A stretch of DNA of 64,000 bases, from the NCBI RefSeq assembly GCF_000006765.1, contig NC_002516.2; one strand, given 5' to 3'. This DNA comes from Pseudomonas aeruginosa PAO1 (GTDB lineage: Bacteria > Pseudomonadota > Gammaproteobacteria > Pseudomonadales > Pseudomonadaceae). The notes under the pieces were generated by a model that was not told where the DNA came from, did not search any database, and saw only the letters and a list, made by a program, of their open reading frames with translations. Position 1 is the stretch's first letter; every line of letters starts with the position of its first letter. The translations under genes and the position numbers were made by a program. This document shows positions 37,227-47,652 of the stretch, piece by piece.

Positions 37227-39011
37227 ATGTCCGTGTTCGCCACCGCCGCCCAGGACCGCCTGCTGGACCTCGGCGACCTGCTCCGCGAGCTGGTCGCCCA
37301 GGGCCGGGTCGGGCAGGAGCAGGCCGAACAGTGCCTGGCGATCCGCCGCAGCGCGGTGCGCAACCAGCAGCATCCGCTGGAGTTCCTCGCCGCGCAGCAG
37401 GTCGAGGATCTCAAGCGCCCCGGACGCAAGCTCGACCTGGAGACCCTCACCCAGTGGCTGGCCGAGTACGCCGGCCAGCCCTACCTGCGCATCGACCCGC
37501 TGAAGATCGACGTCGCCGCGGTGACTCCGCTGATGTCCTACGCCTTCGCCCAGCGCCATGGCATCCTCGCCGTCGCGCTGAGTCCGGAGGAAGTCACCAT
37601 CGCCAGCGCCCAGCCCTTCGTACAGGGCTGGGAAAGCAACCTGGTGCATGTGCTCAAGCGACCGATCAAGCGGGTGGTGGCGAACCCGGCGGACATCCAG
37701 CGCTACACCGTCGAGTTCTTCCGCCTGGCCCGCTCGGTCAGCGGCGCCACCTCGCCGGACCAGAAGATCAGCGGCGTCGGCAACTTCGAGCAGTTGCTCA
37801 ACCTCGGCGCCGCCGACCAGGAGCCGGACGCCAACGACGCGCACATCGTCACCATCGTCGACTGGCTGTTCCAGTACGCCTTCCAGCAGCGCGCCAGCGA
37901 CATCCACATCGAGCCGCGCCGCGAGCAGGGCACCGTGCGCTTCCGTATCGACGGCGTGCTGCACAACGTCTACCAGTTCCCGCCGCAGGTGACCATGGCG
38001 GTGGTCAGCCGCCTGAAGTCGCTGGGACGGATGAACGTGGCGGAGAAACGCAAGCCGCAGGACGGCCGGGTCAAGACCAAGACCCCGGACGGCGCCGAGG
38101 TGGAGCTGCGCCTGTCGACCCTGCCCACCGCCTTCGGCGAGAAGATGGTGATGCGCATCTTCGACCCCGAGGTGCTGCTCAAGAGCTTCGACCAGCTCGG
38201 CTTCTCCGCCGACGACCTGCGCCGCTGGCAGAGCATGACCAGCCAGCCCAACGGCATCATCCTGGTCACCGGCCCCACCGGCTCGGGCAAGACCACCACG
38301 CTCTACACCACGCTCAAGCAACTGGCCACCGATGAGGTGAACGTCTGCACCATCGAGGACCCGATCGAGATGATCGAGCCCTCGTTCAACCAGATGCAGG
38401 TCCAGCACAACATCGACCTGACCTTCGCCAGCGGCGTACGCGCCCTGCTGCGGCAGGACCCGGACATCATCATGGTCGGAGAGATCCGCGACCTGGAGAC
38501 CGCCGAGATGGCGATCCAGGCGGCGCTCACCGGGCACCTGGTGCTCTCCACCCTGCACACCAACGACTCCCCCACGGCGATCACCCGCCTGCTCGAACTG
38601 GGCGTACCCTACTACCTGATCCGCGCCACGGTGCTAGGGGTCATGGCCCAACGCCTGGTGCGCACGCTCTGCCCGCACTGCAAGGCGCCGATGCAACTGG
38701 CGGACAGCGACTGGCACGAACTGACCCGCCCCTGGAGCGCCCCGCCGCCCAGCGGCGCGCACCAGGCCGTGGGTTGCCTGGAGTGCCGCGACACCGGCTA
38801 TCGCGGGCGCGCCGGCGTCTATGAAATCATGCTGCTCAGCGATAGCCTGAAAGAACTGATCACCGCCGACACCGACCTAGTCGCCCTGCGCCGCCAGGCG
38901 TACAAGGAAGGCACCCGCAGCCTGCGCCTGTCCGGCGCGCAGAAGGTCGCCGCAGGTATCAGTACGCTGGAGGAAGTACTGCGGGTGACCCCGCAGAGCG
39001 AACAGAAGTAG
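37227..39011 (+). CDS. GspE/PilB-family secretion ATPase, 594 aa
   Basis: ASDIHIEP, GPTGSGKTTT, TIEDPIE, LRQDPD, GHLVLSTLH, CPHC..CLEC. Confidence 0.93.
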   Translation: MSVFATAAQDRLLDLGDLLRELVAQGRVGQEQAEQCLAIRRSAVRNQQHPLEFLAAQQVEDLKRPGRKLDLETLTQWLAEYAGQPYLRIDPLKIDVAAVTPLMSYAFAQRHGILAVALSPEEVTIASAQPFVQGWESNLVHVLKRPIKRVVANPADIQRYTVEFFRLARSVSGATSPDQKISGVGNFEQLLNLGAADQEPDANDAHIVTIVDWLFQYAFQQRASDIHIEPRREQGTVRFRIDGVLHNVYQFPPQVTMAVVSRLKSLGRMNVAEKRKPQDGRVKTKTPDGAEVELRLSTLPTAFGEKMVMRIFDPEVLLKSFDQLGFSADDLRRWQSMTSQPNGIILVTGPTGSGKTTTLYTTLKQLATDEVNVCTIEDPIEMIEPSFNQMQVQHNIDLTFASGVRALLRQDPDIIMVGEIRDLETAEMAIQAALTGHLVLSTLHTNDSPTAITRLLELGVPYYLIRATVLGVMAQRLVRTLCPHCKAPMQLADSDWHELTRPWSAPPPSGAHQAVGCLECRDTGYRGRAGVYEIMLLSDSLKELITADTDLVALRRQAYKEGTRSLRLSGAQKVAAGISTLEEVLRVTPQSEQK

Positions 39012-39232
39012 CGGCACATCCCGTCGGCGGAGTTCCGACGGTTGCACGGCACAACGCCGGACGGGCCTGCTAGGCCCACAGACAAGGATGTAGACGATGA
39101 CGAGCGTTCCCCCCGCCGTCCCCGCGCCGACGCTCCCCAGCCGCGGCGCACCGCACCTGCGGCGAGCCGCGAGCGGCGTCCCTGGCTCGATGTGGCTCGG
39201 CCGGCCGCCGAGCCGGCGCTGAGGGCCGGCCG

Positions 39233-39685
39233 ATGGAAATCCTGCTGCTACGCCTGGACTTCTGGGACTGGCTGGCCTTCGGTACCGTCCTCCTGCTCCT
39301 GGAAATCTTCGGTGCCGGCGGCTATCTGCTGCGGGTCGGCCTCACCGCCGCTTGTGTCGGTGCGCTCGGCGCGCTCCTGCCGGGACTGGCCTGGCCTTGG
39401 CAGGTAGGGCTGTTCGTCCTGCTCTCCGGGCTGGTCGCCGCCTTGCATCGACGCCGTCGCCGCAAGGCCGGTAGCGTCGAGGAAACGCCAGGGTTGCAGC
39501 GACGCGGCGACGACCTGTTCGGCCGCACCTTTCCCTTGCACCGGGCGATCGTCGGCGGGCTCGGCGAGCTGCGCGTCGAGGACGCGTCGTGGCTGGTCAG
39601 CGGTCCCGACCTGCCGCGCGGCGCCCTGGTCCGGGTCACCGGCCAGGACGGCGCCCTGCTGCACGTCGAGCCTGCCGCGCCCTGA
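39233..39685 (+). CDS. NfeD/YbbJ-like membrane protein, ~150 aa
   Basis: W..FG.VLLLLEI.G.GGYLL TM region; C-terminal OB-fold G.LRVEDASWLVSGPDLPRG. Confidence 0.8.
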   Translation: MEILLLRLDFWDWLAFGTVLLLLEIFGAGGYLLRVGLTAACVGALGALLPGLAWPWQVGLFVLLSGLVAALHRRRRRKAGSVEETPGLQRRGDDLFGRTFPLHRAIVGGLGELRVEDASWLVSGPDLPRGALVRVTGQDGALLHVEPAAP

Positions 39686-39755
39686 ATCGCTGTAGCTCCC
39701 GGCCGGCGGGGGCTGTACGGCAGCGGAAAAAGCGACCGGACGGTCATCCCCGCTG

Positions 39756-39783
39756 GAACTCCGGGACGGCAAACGCGATCTGA
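39756..39783 (+). promoter_or_regulatory. AlgU (sigmaE)-type promoter
   Basis: GAACTC-N17-TCTGA, 33 nt before the ATG. Confidence 0.7.
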
Positions 39784-39816
39784 TGTAACACGCAGCCCCC
39801 TATCAGGAGTTCCCCC

Positions 39817-40146
39817 ATGCGTTCCGTCAAACTCGCCGCCGCCACCCTGGTCATCGCCGCCCTGCCGCTGGGCTCGGCCATGGCCGATACCTTCTGGCGC
39901 AACATCATTTCCTCGGGTGCCACCACGGCCTCCACCTACCTGACCTTCCGCCACGACCACAAGCTGATCGTCGCCGCGCAGGACGACGCCGGCAGCTACA
40001 TCGCCAGCGACGGCGCGATCCGCGGGCCGTACCTGGAAGCCGCCCTGCAGAAGCTGCGCAACGACAACCCGGACCTGCAGGCCAGCGACATGGAACTGGC
40101 CAGCGCGATCCTCGCCGGCGGCGAGCAGTCCGCCGTCCAGCAGTAG
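39817..40146 (+). CDS. Secreted DUF2388-type protein, 109 aa
   Basis: Signal peptide; A.DDA.SYIASDG.IRGPYLEAAL..R...SDMELA.AILA. Confidence 0.82.
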   Translation: MRSVKLAAATLVIAALPLGSAMADTFWRNIISSGATTASTYLTFRHDHKLIVAAQDDAGSYIASDGAIRGPYLEAALQKLRNDNPDLQASDMELASAILAGGEQSAVQQ

Positions 40147-40154
40147 GCCCCGGC

Positions 40155-40182
40155 GACCTCGCCTCCGCCCGGAGGCGAGGTC
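40155..40182. terminator. 12-bp hairpin between convergent genes
   Basis: GACCTCGCCTCC-gccc-GGAGGCGAGGTC. Confidence 0.65.
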
Positions 40183-43057
40183 ACTCGCGGTAGTCGTCCA
40201 GCGGCACGCAGGCGCAGAACAGGTTGCGGTCGCCGTAGACGTTGTCCACCCGGTTAACCGCCGGCCAGTACTTGAACGCCCGCGCATGTTCGCTCGGGGT
40301 CACTGCCTCGGCGATCTCGTAGGGTCTCTGCCAGATCCCGGTGACGTCGGCCAGGGTATGCGGCGCCCGTTTCAGCGGGTTGTCCTCCGCCGGCCAGGCG
40401 CCGCTCTCCACCTTGCCGATCTCGGCCCTGATGCTCAGCATCGCCTCGACGAAGCGATCCAGCTCCGCCTTCGACTCGCTCTCGGTCGGCTCCACCATCA
40501 GCGTGCCCGGCACCGGGAAGGACATGGTCGGGGCGTGGAAGCCGTAGTCCATCAGGCGCTTGGCCACGTCTTCCTCGGTTATCCCGGTCTGCGCCTTGAG
40601 CGGTCGCAGGTCGAGGATGCATTCGTGGGCGACGCGCTCGTTGCGCCCGCGGTAGAGCACCGGGAACGCCCCGTCCAGGCGGTTCGCCAGGTAGTTGGCG
40701 GAGAGGATCGCCACCTCGCTGGCGTCGGCCAGCTGCGGGCCCATCATGGCGATGTACATCCAACTGATCGGCAGGATGCTGGCGCTGCCCCAGGGCGTCG
40801 CGCTGACCGCGTCGTTCAGCGGGTTCGGCCCTTCGACGCGGATCACCGGATGGTTGGCGACGAACGGCGCCAGGTGCCGCTTGACCCCGATCGGCCCCAT
40901 GCCCGGCCCGCCACCACCATGGGGGATGCAGAAGGTCTTGTGCAGGTTCATGTGCGAGACGTCCGCGCCGATGTCCGCCGGTCGCGCCAGGCCGACCTGG
41001 GCGTTGAGGTTGGCGCCGTCCATGTAGACCTGGCCGCCGTGGCGGTGGACCACTTCGCAGATCTCGCCTATCCCCTCTTCGTAGACGCCGTGGGTCGAGG
41101 GATAGGTGATCATCAGGCAGGACAGCCGGTCGCCCGCCTCGGCCGCCTTGAGGCGCAGGTCGTCGAGGTCGACGTTGCCGCGGGGATCGCACTCGACGAT
41201 CACCACCCGCATGCTGGCCATGATCGCCGAGGCCGGGTTGGTGCCATGCGCCGATGCGGGGATCAGGCAGATGTCGCGCTGGCTATCGCCGCGGCTCTGG
41301 TGGTAGCGGCGGATCGCCAGCAACCCGGCATATTCGCCCTGTGCTCCCGAGTTCGGCTGCATGCAGATGGCGTCGAAGCCGGTGATCGCCCGCAGCCAGG
41401 CTTCCAGTTCGTCGATCATCCGGCGATAGCCCTCGGCCTGCTCGCGCGGCACGAACGGATGCAGTTCGGCGAATTCCGGCCAGGTGATGGGGATCATTTC
41501 GCTGCTGGCGTTGAGCTTCATGGTGCAGGAGCCGAGCGGGATCATCGCCTGGTTCAGCGCCAGGTCCTTGCCTTCCAGCTGGCGCAGGTAGCGAAGCATC
41601 TCGGTCTCGCTGTGGTGGGCGTTGAACACCGGATGCTGCAGGTAGGCCGAAGTGCGTTGCAGGACCGCCGGGATGCCGTCGGCCACCGCCCCGCCATCCA
41701 GGTGCGCGACATCCAGCCCGTGGCCGGCGCCGAGGAAGATCTCGAACAGGGTCGCCAGGGTCGCCGCGTCACAGGTTTCGTCGAGGCTCAGGGCCAGCCG
41801 CCGGTCGTCGACCACGCGCAGGTTGACCCGTGCCGCCCGCGCCCGTTCGAGGATCGCCGCCTGACGCTCGCCGACCTCGTAGGTCAGGGTGTCGAAGAAG
41901 TGCCGGTTGAGCCGCCGCAGTCCCTTGCTTTTCAGGCCCGCCGCCAGCAGCGCGGTCAGGCGCTGGACGCGTTGGGCGATGCGTTTCAGCTCCTGTGGCC
42001 CATGGTAGACGGCATACAGCGAAGCAATGTTGGCCAGCAGCACCTGGGCGGTGCAGATGTTCGAGTTGGCCTTTTCCCGACGGATGTGCTGCTCGCGGGT
42101 TTGCAGGGCCATGCGCAACGCCGGGTTGCCGCGGGCGTCGCGGGAAACGCCGATGATCCGCCCCGGCATTGCCCGCTTGTACCCTTCGCGGGTGGCGAAG
42201 AACGCCGCGTGCGGCCCGCCGTAGCCCATCGGTACGCCAAAGCGCTGGGCGCTGCCGAGCACCACGTCGGCACCGAGTTCCCCCGGCGGGGTCAGCAACA
42301 ACAGGGCGAGCAGGTCGCTGGCGACGCAAGCCAGCGCCTGTTGGCCGTGCAACGCCTCGATAAGCGGGCGCAGGTCGCGGATCTCGCCGCGACTGTCCGG
42401 GTATTGCAGCAAGGCGCCGAACACCGCGTGGGCGGCAAGATTGTCCGGCTCGTCGACGACCAGCTCGAAACCGAACGCCTCGGCGCGGGTACGCAACACC
42501 GAAACGGTCTGCGGATGGCAATGCGCATCGACGAAGAACCGGTTGCTCCTGGCCTTTGCCACCCGCCTGGCCAGGGCCATGGCCTCGGCGGCGGCGGTGG
42601 CTTCGTCGAGCAGCGAGGCGCTGGCCAGGTCGAGTCCGGTGAGGTCGATGGTCAGTTGCTGGAAATTCAGCAGCGCTTCCAGGCGGCCCTGGGCGATTTC
42701 CGGCTGGTAGGGCGTATAGGCGGTGTACCAGCCGGGATTCTCCAGCACGTTGCGGAGGATCACCGACGGCGTCACGGTGCCGTAGTAGCCCATGCCGATC
42801 AGGCTGGTCCAGCGCTGGTTGAGCCCGGCGTAGCCGCGCAGGCGCGCCAGGGCGGCCTGTTCGTCGAGCGCGGCGGGCAGTTCCAGCGGCCGGTTGAGGC
42901 GGATCGCCGGCGGCACCGTCTGCACGATCAGTTCGGCGCGAGTGGAAACTCCGAGGAAGGCCAGCATGGCCTGCTGTTCCGCAGGATCGGGGCCGAGATG
43001 GCGGCGCAGGAAGGCATCGGCGGGCTGGAGCTGGGCGAGGGACGGCGTCTGCGACAT
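40181..43057 (-). CDS. gcvP1: Glycine dehydrogenase (P protein), 958 aa
   Basis: [42 protein letters not shown] (PLP Lys); start MSQTPS. Confidence 0.96.
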   Translation of the reverse strand: MSQTPSLAQLQPADAFLRRHLGPDPAEQQAMLAFLGVSTRAELIVQTVPPAIRLNRPLELPAALDEQAALARLRGYAGLNQRWTSLIGMGYYGTVTPSVILRNVLENPGWYTAYTPYQPEIAQGRLEALLNFQQLTIDLTGLDLASASLLDEATAAAEAMALARRVAKARSNRFFVDAHCHPQTVSVLRTRAEAFGFELVVDEPDNLAAHAVFGALLQYPDSRGEIRDLRPLIEALHGQQALACVASDLLALLLLTPPGELGADVVLGSAQRFGVPMGYGGPHAAFFATREGYKRAMPGRIIGVSRDARGNPALRMALQTREQHIRREKANSNICTAQVLLANIASLYAVYHGPQELKRIAQRVQRLTALLAAGLKSKGLRRLNRHFFDTLTYEVGERQAAILERARAARVNLRVVDDRRLALSLDETCDAATLATLFEIFLGAGHGLDVAHLDGGAVADGIPAVLQRTSAYLQHPVFNAHHSETEMLRYLRQLEGKDLALNQAMIPLGSCTMKLNASSEMIPITWPEFAELHPFVPREQAEGYRRMIDELEAWLRAITGFDAICMQPNSGAQGEYAGLLAIRRYHQSRGDSQRDICLIPASAHGTNPASAIMASMRVVIVECDPRGNVDLDDLRLKAAEAGDRLSCLMITYPSTHGVYEEGIGEICEVVHRHGGQVYMDGANLNAQVGLARPADIGADVSHMNLHKTFCIPHGGGGPGMGPIGVKRHLAPFVANHPVIRVEGPNPLNDAVSATPWGSASILPISWMYIAMMGPQLADASEVAILSANYLANRLDGAFPVLYRGRNERVAHECILDLRPLKAQTGITEEDVAKRLMDYGFHAPTMSFPVPGTLMVEPTESESKAELDRFVEAMLSIRAEIGKVESGAWPAEDNPLKRAPHTLADVTGIWQRPYEIAEAVTPSEHARAFKYWPAVNRVDNVYGDRNLFCACVPLDDYRE

Positions 43058-43158
43058 GGCTTCGGTCTCGTTGGGGGCGGCATCGCCCTGCCAGCGATCG
43101 TCGCCGAACGGATATCGAATGAGAAAGCAACGACGGCGAAAACGCATTTCGCCGCTGC

Positions 43159-43191
43159 AAAAAGAACAAAGCCTCGAATGATCGAGGCCTT
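43159..43191 (-). terminator. Intrinsic terminator between gcvH and gcvP
   Basis: Minus strand AAGGCCTCGA-tcat-TCGAGGCTTT then GTTCTTTTT. Confidence 0.6.
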
Positions 43192-43230
43192 GTCCAAGGA
43201 TAGCGGGTTTTGTCGCGACTACGCGGCGGC

Positions 43231-43620
43231 TCAGCCTTCCGCGTCGACGGCGGCCTGGTAGCCAGCGGCATCGAGCAGCTTGTCCAGCTCGGCCGGATTG
43301 CTCGGCTTGAGCTTGAAGAACCAGGACACGTACGGGTCGTTGTTGACGTCTTCCGGGGTGTCGGCCAGGGCTTCGTTGATGGCGATGACTTCGCCGCCGA
43401 TCGGCGAATAGATGTCGGAGGCGGCCTTCACCGACTCGACCACGCCCGCTTCCTGCCCGGCGGCGAGGGTCTTGCCCAGCTCCGGCAGCTCGATGAAGAC
43501 CACATCGCCAAGGGCTTCCTGGGCATGGTCGGAAATGCCCACGGTAACGCTGCCGTCGGCTTCCAGGCGAGCCCATTCGTGGCTCTGGGCGTAACGCAGT
43601 TCGGCGGGAATATTGCTCAT
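43231..43620 (-). CDS. gcvH1: Glycine cleavage H protein, 129 aa
   Basis: [28 protein letters not shown] (lipoyl Lys). Confidence 0.96.
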   Translation of the reverse strand: MSNIPAELRYAQSHEWARLEADGSVTVGISDHAQEALGDVVFIELPELGKTLAAGQEAGVVESVKAASDIYSPIGGEVIAINEALADTPEDVNNDPYVSWFFKLKPSNPAELDKLLDAAGYQAAVDAEG

Positions 43621-43666
43621 CTTGTTTTCCTCGAAGTCGGGGGCGACGGCGGTCGCCATTGCCAGG

Positions 43667-44749
43667 TTAGATCAGGGGCTTGCCGTGACGCACGAAACTG
43701 GGCTGGACCACCCGTACCGGGTACCACTTGCCGCGGATTTCCACCTCGGCGCGGTCGCCGGTGGCGGCCGGCACGCGGGCCAGCGCGATGGACTTGTTCA
43801 GGGTAGGCGAAAAGCTGCCGCTGGTGATCTCCCCCTCACCAATGCCAGCTACCCGCACCACCTGGTGGGCGCGCAGCACGCCGCGCTCCTCCAGTACCAG
43901 GCCGACCAGCTTCGGCTGGTCGCCGGCGGCCTTCTGCGCTTCCAGCGCGCGGCGGCCGACGAAGTCCCGCGCAACCGGCTCCCAGGCTACGGTCCAGCCC
44001 ATGTTGGCGGCAAGCGGGGAAACGCTTTCGTCCATGTCCTGGCCGTAGAGATTGAGCCCGGCCTCCAGGCGCAGCGTATCGCGCGCACCCAGGCCCGCCG
44101 GGGAGATCCCGGCGCCAACCAGCTCATTGAGGAAACCCGGCGCCTCGGCGGCCGGCAGCATGATTTCCAGGCCGTCCTCGCCGGTGTAGCCGGTGCGGGC
44201 GATGAACCAGTCGCCCTCGGCACGGCCCTGGAACGGCTTGAGTTCGCGTATCAGCGCGGCGCGTGCCGGGGACACCAGTTCGGAGCTGTGCACGCGGGCG
44301 TTGGGGCCCTGGATGGCGAGCATCGCCAGGTCGCCGCGTTCCTGCAGGTCGACCTTGAAGCCGGCGGCCTGCGCCTGCATCCAGGCGATGTCCTTGTCGC
44401 GGGTGGAAGCATTGACCACCACCCGGTAGCCGTGCTCGGTCAGGTAGACGATCAGGTCGTCGACCACCCCGCCCTCTTCGTTGAGCATCGCGCTGTAGAG
44501 CGCCTTGCCGGTTTCGCCGAGACGCGCCACGTCGTTCGCCAGGAGATGCTGCAGATAGGCCGTGGCCTGCTCGCCGGCGACGTCGACCACGGTCATGTGG
44601 GACACGTCGAAGACGCCGCAGTCACGCCGAACCTGATGGTGCTCCTCGACCTGCGAACCGTAGTGCAGCGGCATGTCCCAACCGCCGAAATCGACCATCT
44701 TGGCGCCGAGCGCGACGTGCAGCTCGTAAAGCGGGGTGCGCAATCCCAT
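43667..44749 (-). CDS. gcvT1: Aminomethyltransferase (T protein), 360 aa
   Basis: [40 protein letters not shown]. Confidence 0.96.
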   Translation of the reverse strand: MGLRTPLYELHVALGAKMVDFGGWDMPLHYGSQVEEHHQVRRDCGVFDVSHMTVVDVAGEQATAYLQHLLANDVARLGETGKALYSAMLNEEGGVVDDLIVYLTEHGYRVVVNASTRDKDIAWMQAQAAGFKVDLQERGDLAMLAIQGPNARVHSSELVSPARAALIRELKPFQGRAEGDWFIARTGYTGEDGLEIMLPAAEAPGFLNELVGAGISPAGLGARDTLRLEAGLNLYGQDMDESVSPLAANMGWTVAWEPVARDFVGRRALEAQKAAGDQPKLVGLVLEERGVLRAHQVVRVAGIGEGEITSGSFSPTLNKSIALARVPAATGDRAEVEIRGKWYPVRVVQPSFVRHGKPLI

Positions 44750-44899
44750 GGGTATTCTCCTTCCGGGCGTAGCGGGTGCCGTCGGCAGGGACCGCCGGCA
44801 CGAAATCGCGCGCATTGTAGCCGCAAGCCCCGGAGCAGGACACCATGGAAGCGTGCCGCGATCCGTGCATAGACCCTACGACCTGCATGGATACTGGGC

Positions 44900-46519
44900 T
44901 CAGCGATCTGAATGATGGGCAGAACGACGAATCAACCCGACCACCGGTAGCAGGCCGACCAGCACCAGGGTCAGGGCCGGCAGCGAGGCGCGCGCCCATT
45001 CGCCCTCGCTGGTCATCTCGAAGATCCGTACGGCCAGGGTGTCCCAACCGAAGGGACGCATCAGCAGGGTCGCCGGCATCTCCTTGAGCACGTCGACGAA
45101 GACCAGCAGCGCGGCGCTCAGCGAGGCCGGCAGCAACAGCGGCAGGTAGACCCGCAGGAACAGCAGCGGGCCGCCCACGCCGAGGCTGCGCGAAGCTTCC
45201 GGCAGCGACGGGCGGATCCGCGCCAGCCCGCTTTCCAGCGGCCCGTAGGCCACCGCCATGAAACGGATCAGGTAGGCCAGCAGCAGGGCGAACAGACTGC
45301 CCAGCAGCAGCGGCTTGCCGGCGCCGCCGAGGGCGCTGGAAAGCGGGATCACCCAGTGATTGTCCAGCCAGCTGAAGGCCAGCATGATCGAAACCGCCAG
45401 GACCGAGCCCGGCAGCGCATAACCGAGGTTGCCCAGGCCCACCGCGCCGCGGATAGCGCGGGTCGGCGCCAGGCGCACGGCGAAGGCCAGCAGCAGGGCC
45501 ACGGCGACCGTCGCCAGCGCGGCGATGCCGCCCAGCGTCAGGGTATGGCCGATCAGGTCCCAGTAGCGCTCGTCGAGGTCGAAACGGCCCTGGCGCCAGA
45601 ACCAGACAACCAGTTGCGCCACGGGAATCACGAAGGCGCAGAGGAACACCAGCCCGCACCAGGCGCTCGCCGCCAGCGCCCTGGCGCCGCGCAGGCGATA
45701 CAGCGGCGCGCCGCGCGGACGCTCGCTGGCGGCCTTGGCTCGGCCTCGCGTGTGGCGCTCGCCGAGCAGCACCAGGCATACCCCGAGCAACAATAGGCTG
45801 GCCAGCTGGGCGGCGCTGGAGAGGCTGTAGAAGCCGTACCAGGTCTTGTAGATGGCGGTGGTGAAGGTGTCGAAGTTGAACACCGATACCGCGCCGAAGT
45901 CGGCCAGGGTTTCCATCACCGCCAGCGCCAGGCCGGCGCCGATCGCCGGCCGCGCCATCGGCAGGGCGACCCGCAGGAACGCCTGCCAGGGCGACAGGCC
46001 GAGAACCCGCGCGGCTTCCATCAGGCCCTTGCCCTGGGCGATGAAGGCGCTGCGCGCGAGCAGGTAGACATAGGGATAGAACACCAGCACCAGGACCAGG
46101 ATCACCCCGCCGGTGGAGCGTACGCGCGGCAACCGCAGGCCGCTGCCGAACCACTCGCGCAGCAGGCTCTGCACCGGTCCGGCGAAATCCAGCAGGCCGA
46201 CGAAGACGAACGCCAGGACGTAGGCCGGGATCGCGAACGGCAACATCAGCGCCCAGTCCAGCCAGCGCCGCCCGGGGAATTCGCAGAGGCTGGTGAGCCA
46301 GGCCAGGCTGACCCCGAGCAGAGTCACGCCGATGCCGACGCCGAGCACCAGGGTCAGGGTGTTGCCGAGCAAGCGCGGCAACTGGGTATCCCACAGGTGG
46401 CTCCAGATTTCCCGGTCGATCTCCAGCCAGCTCAGCAGCAGCACGCTGAGCGGCAGCAGCACCAGCGCGGCAACGGTGAAGGTGATGGGGTACCAGCGGC
46501 GGGGAGCGGGATGGGCCAC
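44900..46519 (-). CDS. Fe3+ ABC transporter permease (FbpB-like), 539 aa
   Basis: Two EAA loops (EAARVLG, EASRSLG); GTG start. Confidence 0.9.
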   Translation of the reverse strand: MAHPAPRRWYPITFTVAALVLLPLSVLLLSWLEIDREIWSHLWDTQLPRLLGNTLTLVLGVGIGVTLLGVSLAWLTSLCEFPGRRWLDWALMLPFAIPAYVLAFVFVGLLDFAGPVQSLLREWFGSGLRLPRVRSTGGVILVLVLVFYPYVYLLARSAFIAQGKGLMEAARVLGLSPWQAFLRVALPMARPAIGAGLALAVMETLADFGAVSVFNFDTFTTAIYKTWYGFYSLSSAAQLASLLLLGVCLVLLGERHTRGRAKAASERPRGAPLYRLRGARALAASAWCGLVFLCAFVIPVAQLVVWFWRQGRFDLDERYWDLIGHTLTLGGIAALATVAVALLLAFAVRLAPTRAIRGAVGLGNLGYALPGSVLAVSIMLAFSWLDNHWVIPLSSALGGAGKPLLLGSLFALLLAYLIRFMAVAYGPLESGLARIRPSLPEASRSLGVGGPLLFLRVYLPLLLPASLSAALLVFVDVLKEMPATLLMRPFGWDTLAVRIFEMTSEGEWARASLPALTLVLVGLLPVVGLIRRSAHHSDR

Positions 46520-46541
46520 GAAATCCTCGGTGCGGAACGAA

Positions 46542-46572
46542 CGACGCCCCGCTCGGACGAGCCGGGGCGTCG
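46542..46572 (-). other. Intercistronic hairpin after the binding-protein gene
   Basis: CGACGCCCCGCTC-ggac-GAGC(C)GGGGCGTCG, 13 bp with one bulge. Confidence 0.7.
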
Positions 46573-46586
46573 AGTATAACCGGCGG

Positions 46587-47585
46587 TCAGTTCCAGCCGG
46601 CGCGGTCCATCAGGCGAATCGCCTCGGCCTGGCGCTTGCCGGCAACTTCCACCGGGATGCTGTCGGCCTTGAAGCTGCCCCAGCTGGCGACTTCGGCTGA
46701 CGGCGCGACCTGCGGGTTGGCCGGGAATTCCTGGTTGATCCCGGCGAACAGCGCCTGGGCGTCGGGCCCGGTCATCCATTCCACCAGCGCCTTGGCTGCC
46801 TCGGGATGCGGCGCGTGGCGAGTCAGGCCGATGCCCGACAGGTTGACGTGGACGCCGCGGTCGGCCTGGTTCGGCCAGAACAGCTTGACCCGCAGGTTCG
46901 GGTTCTGCTTGTGCAGGCGCCCGTAGTAGTAGGTATTGACGATGCCGACGTCGCACTGGCCGGCGTCCACCGCCTGGATCACCGCGTTGTCGTCGGCGAA
47001 TACGTCGGTGGCCAGGTTGTTCACCCAGCCCTGGAGGATTTCCTCGGTCTTCTGCGCCCCGTGGGTCTCGATCAGGGTCCCGGTCAGCGACTGGTTGTAG
47101 ACCTTCTTCGCCGTGCGCAGGCACAGGCGGCCTTCCCATTGCTTGTCGGCCAGGGCTTCGTAGGTGCTCAGCTCTTCCGGCTTGACCCGCTCGGTGGAGT
47201 AGACGATGGTCCGCGCGCGCAGCGACAGTCCGGTCCAGCTATCGGTGCTGGAACGATACTGCGAGGGAATGTTCCGTTCGATGGTGGCCGACTTGAACGG
47301 TTGCAGCAGGCCCATCTGCTCGGCCTGCCAGAGGTTGCCGGCGTCCACGGTGAGCAGCAGGTCGGCCGGGGTGTTAGCGCCTTCGGCCTTGATCCGCGCC
47401 ATCAGCGGCGCTTCCTTGTCGGTGATGAACTTGACCTTCACGCCGGTCTTGCTGGTGTAGGCATCGAACACCGGCTTGATCAGCTCGTCGATGCGCGAGG
47501 AATACACCACCACTTCGTCGGCGGCCTGGGCCAGGCCGGTGATGCCCAGGGCCAGGGCGGCGAGTAGAGCTTTGCTTGCCTGCAT
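46587..47585 (-). CDS. Fe3+ ABC periplasmic binding protein (FutA/FbpA-like), 332 aa
   Basis: Signal peptide; [33 protein letters not shown]. Confidence 0.9.
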
Positions 47586-47615
47586 GAAGAACAGCCTCGT
47601 CAGCGGAACGTAGGC

Positions 47616-47634
47616 ACGAATGATAAGAAATCTC
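47616..47634. promoter_or_regulatory. Fur-box-like site upstream of the Fe3+ binding-protein gene
   Basis: ACGAATGATAAGAAATCTC, 12/19 match to GATAATGATAATCATTATC. Confidence 0.55.
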
Positions 47635-47652
47635 GCTTGCGAACCCGCGCGA

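Noticed and set aside
40181-43576. Apparent N-terminal extensions in the ORF track (GcvP 1131 aa, ADH 499 aa, Pit 740 aa, LysR 525 aa, UbiI 474 aa, CysQ 395 aa)
   Set aside because: Extensions overlap neighbouring genes in another frame; family-typical starts with RBSs lie downstream, so these are not fusions
44750-44899. Glycine riboswitch upstream of gcvT
   Set aside because: The leader after the TACAAT -10 (44814-44819) is only ~60 nt and lacks the conserved aptamer elements
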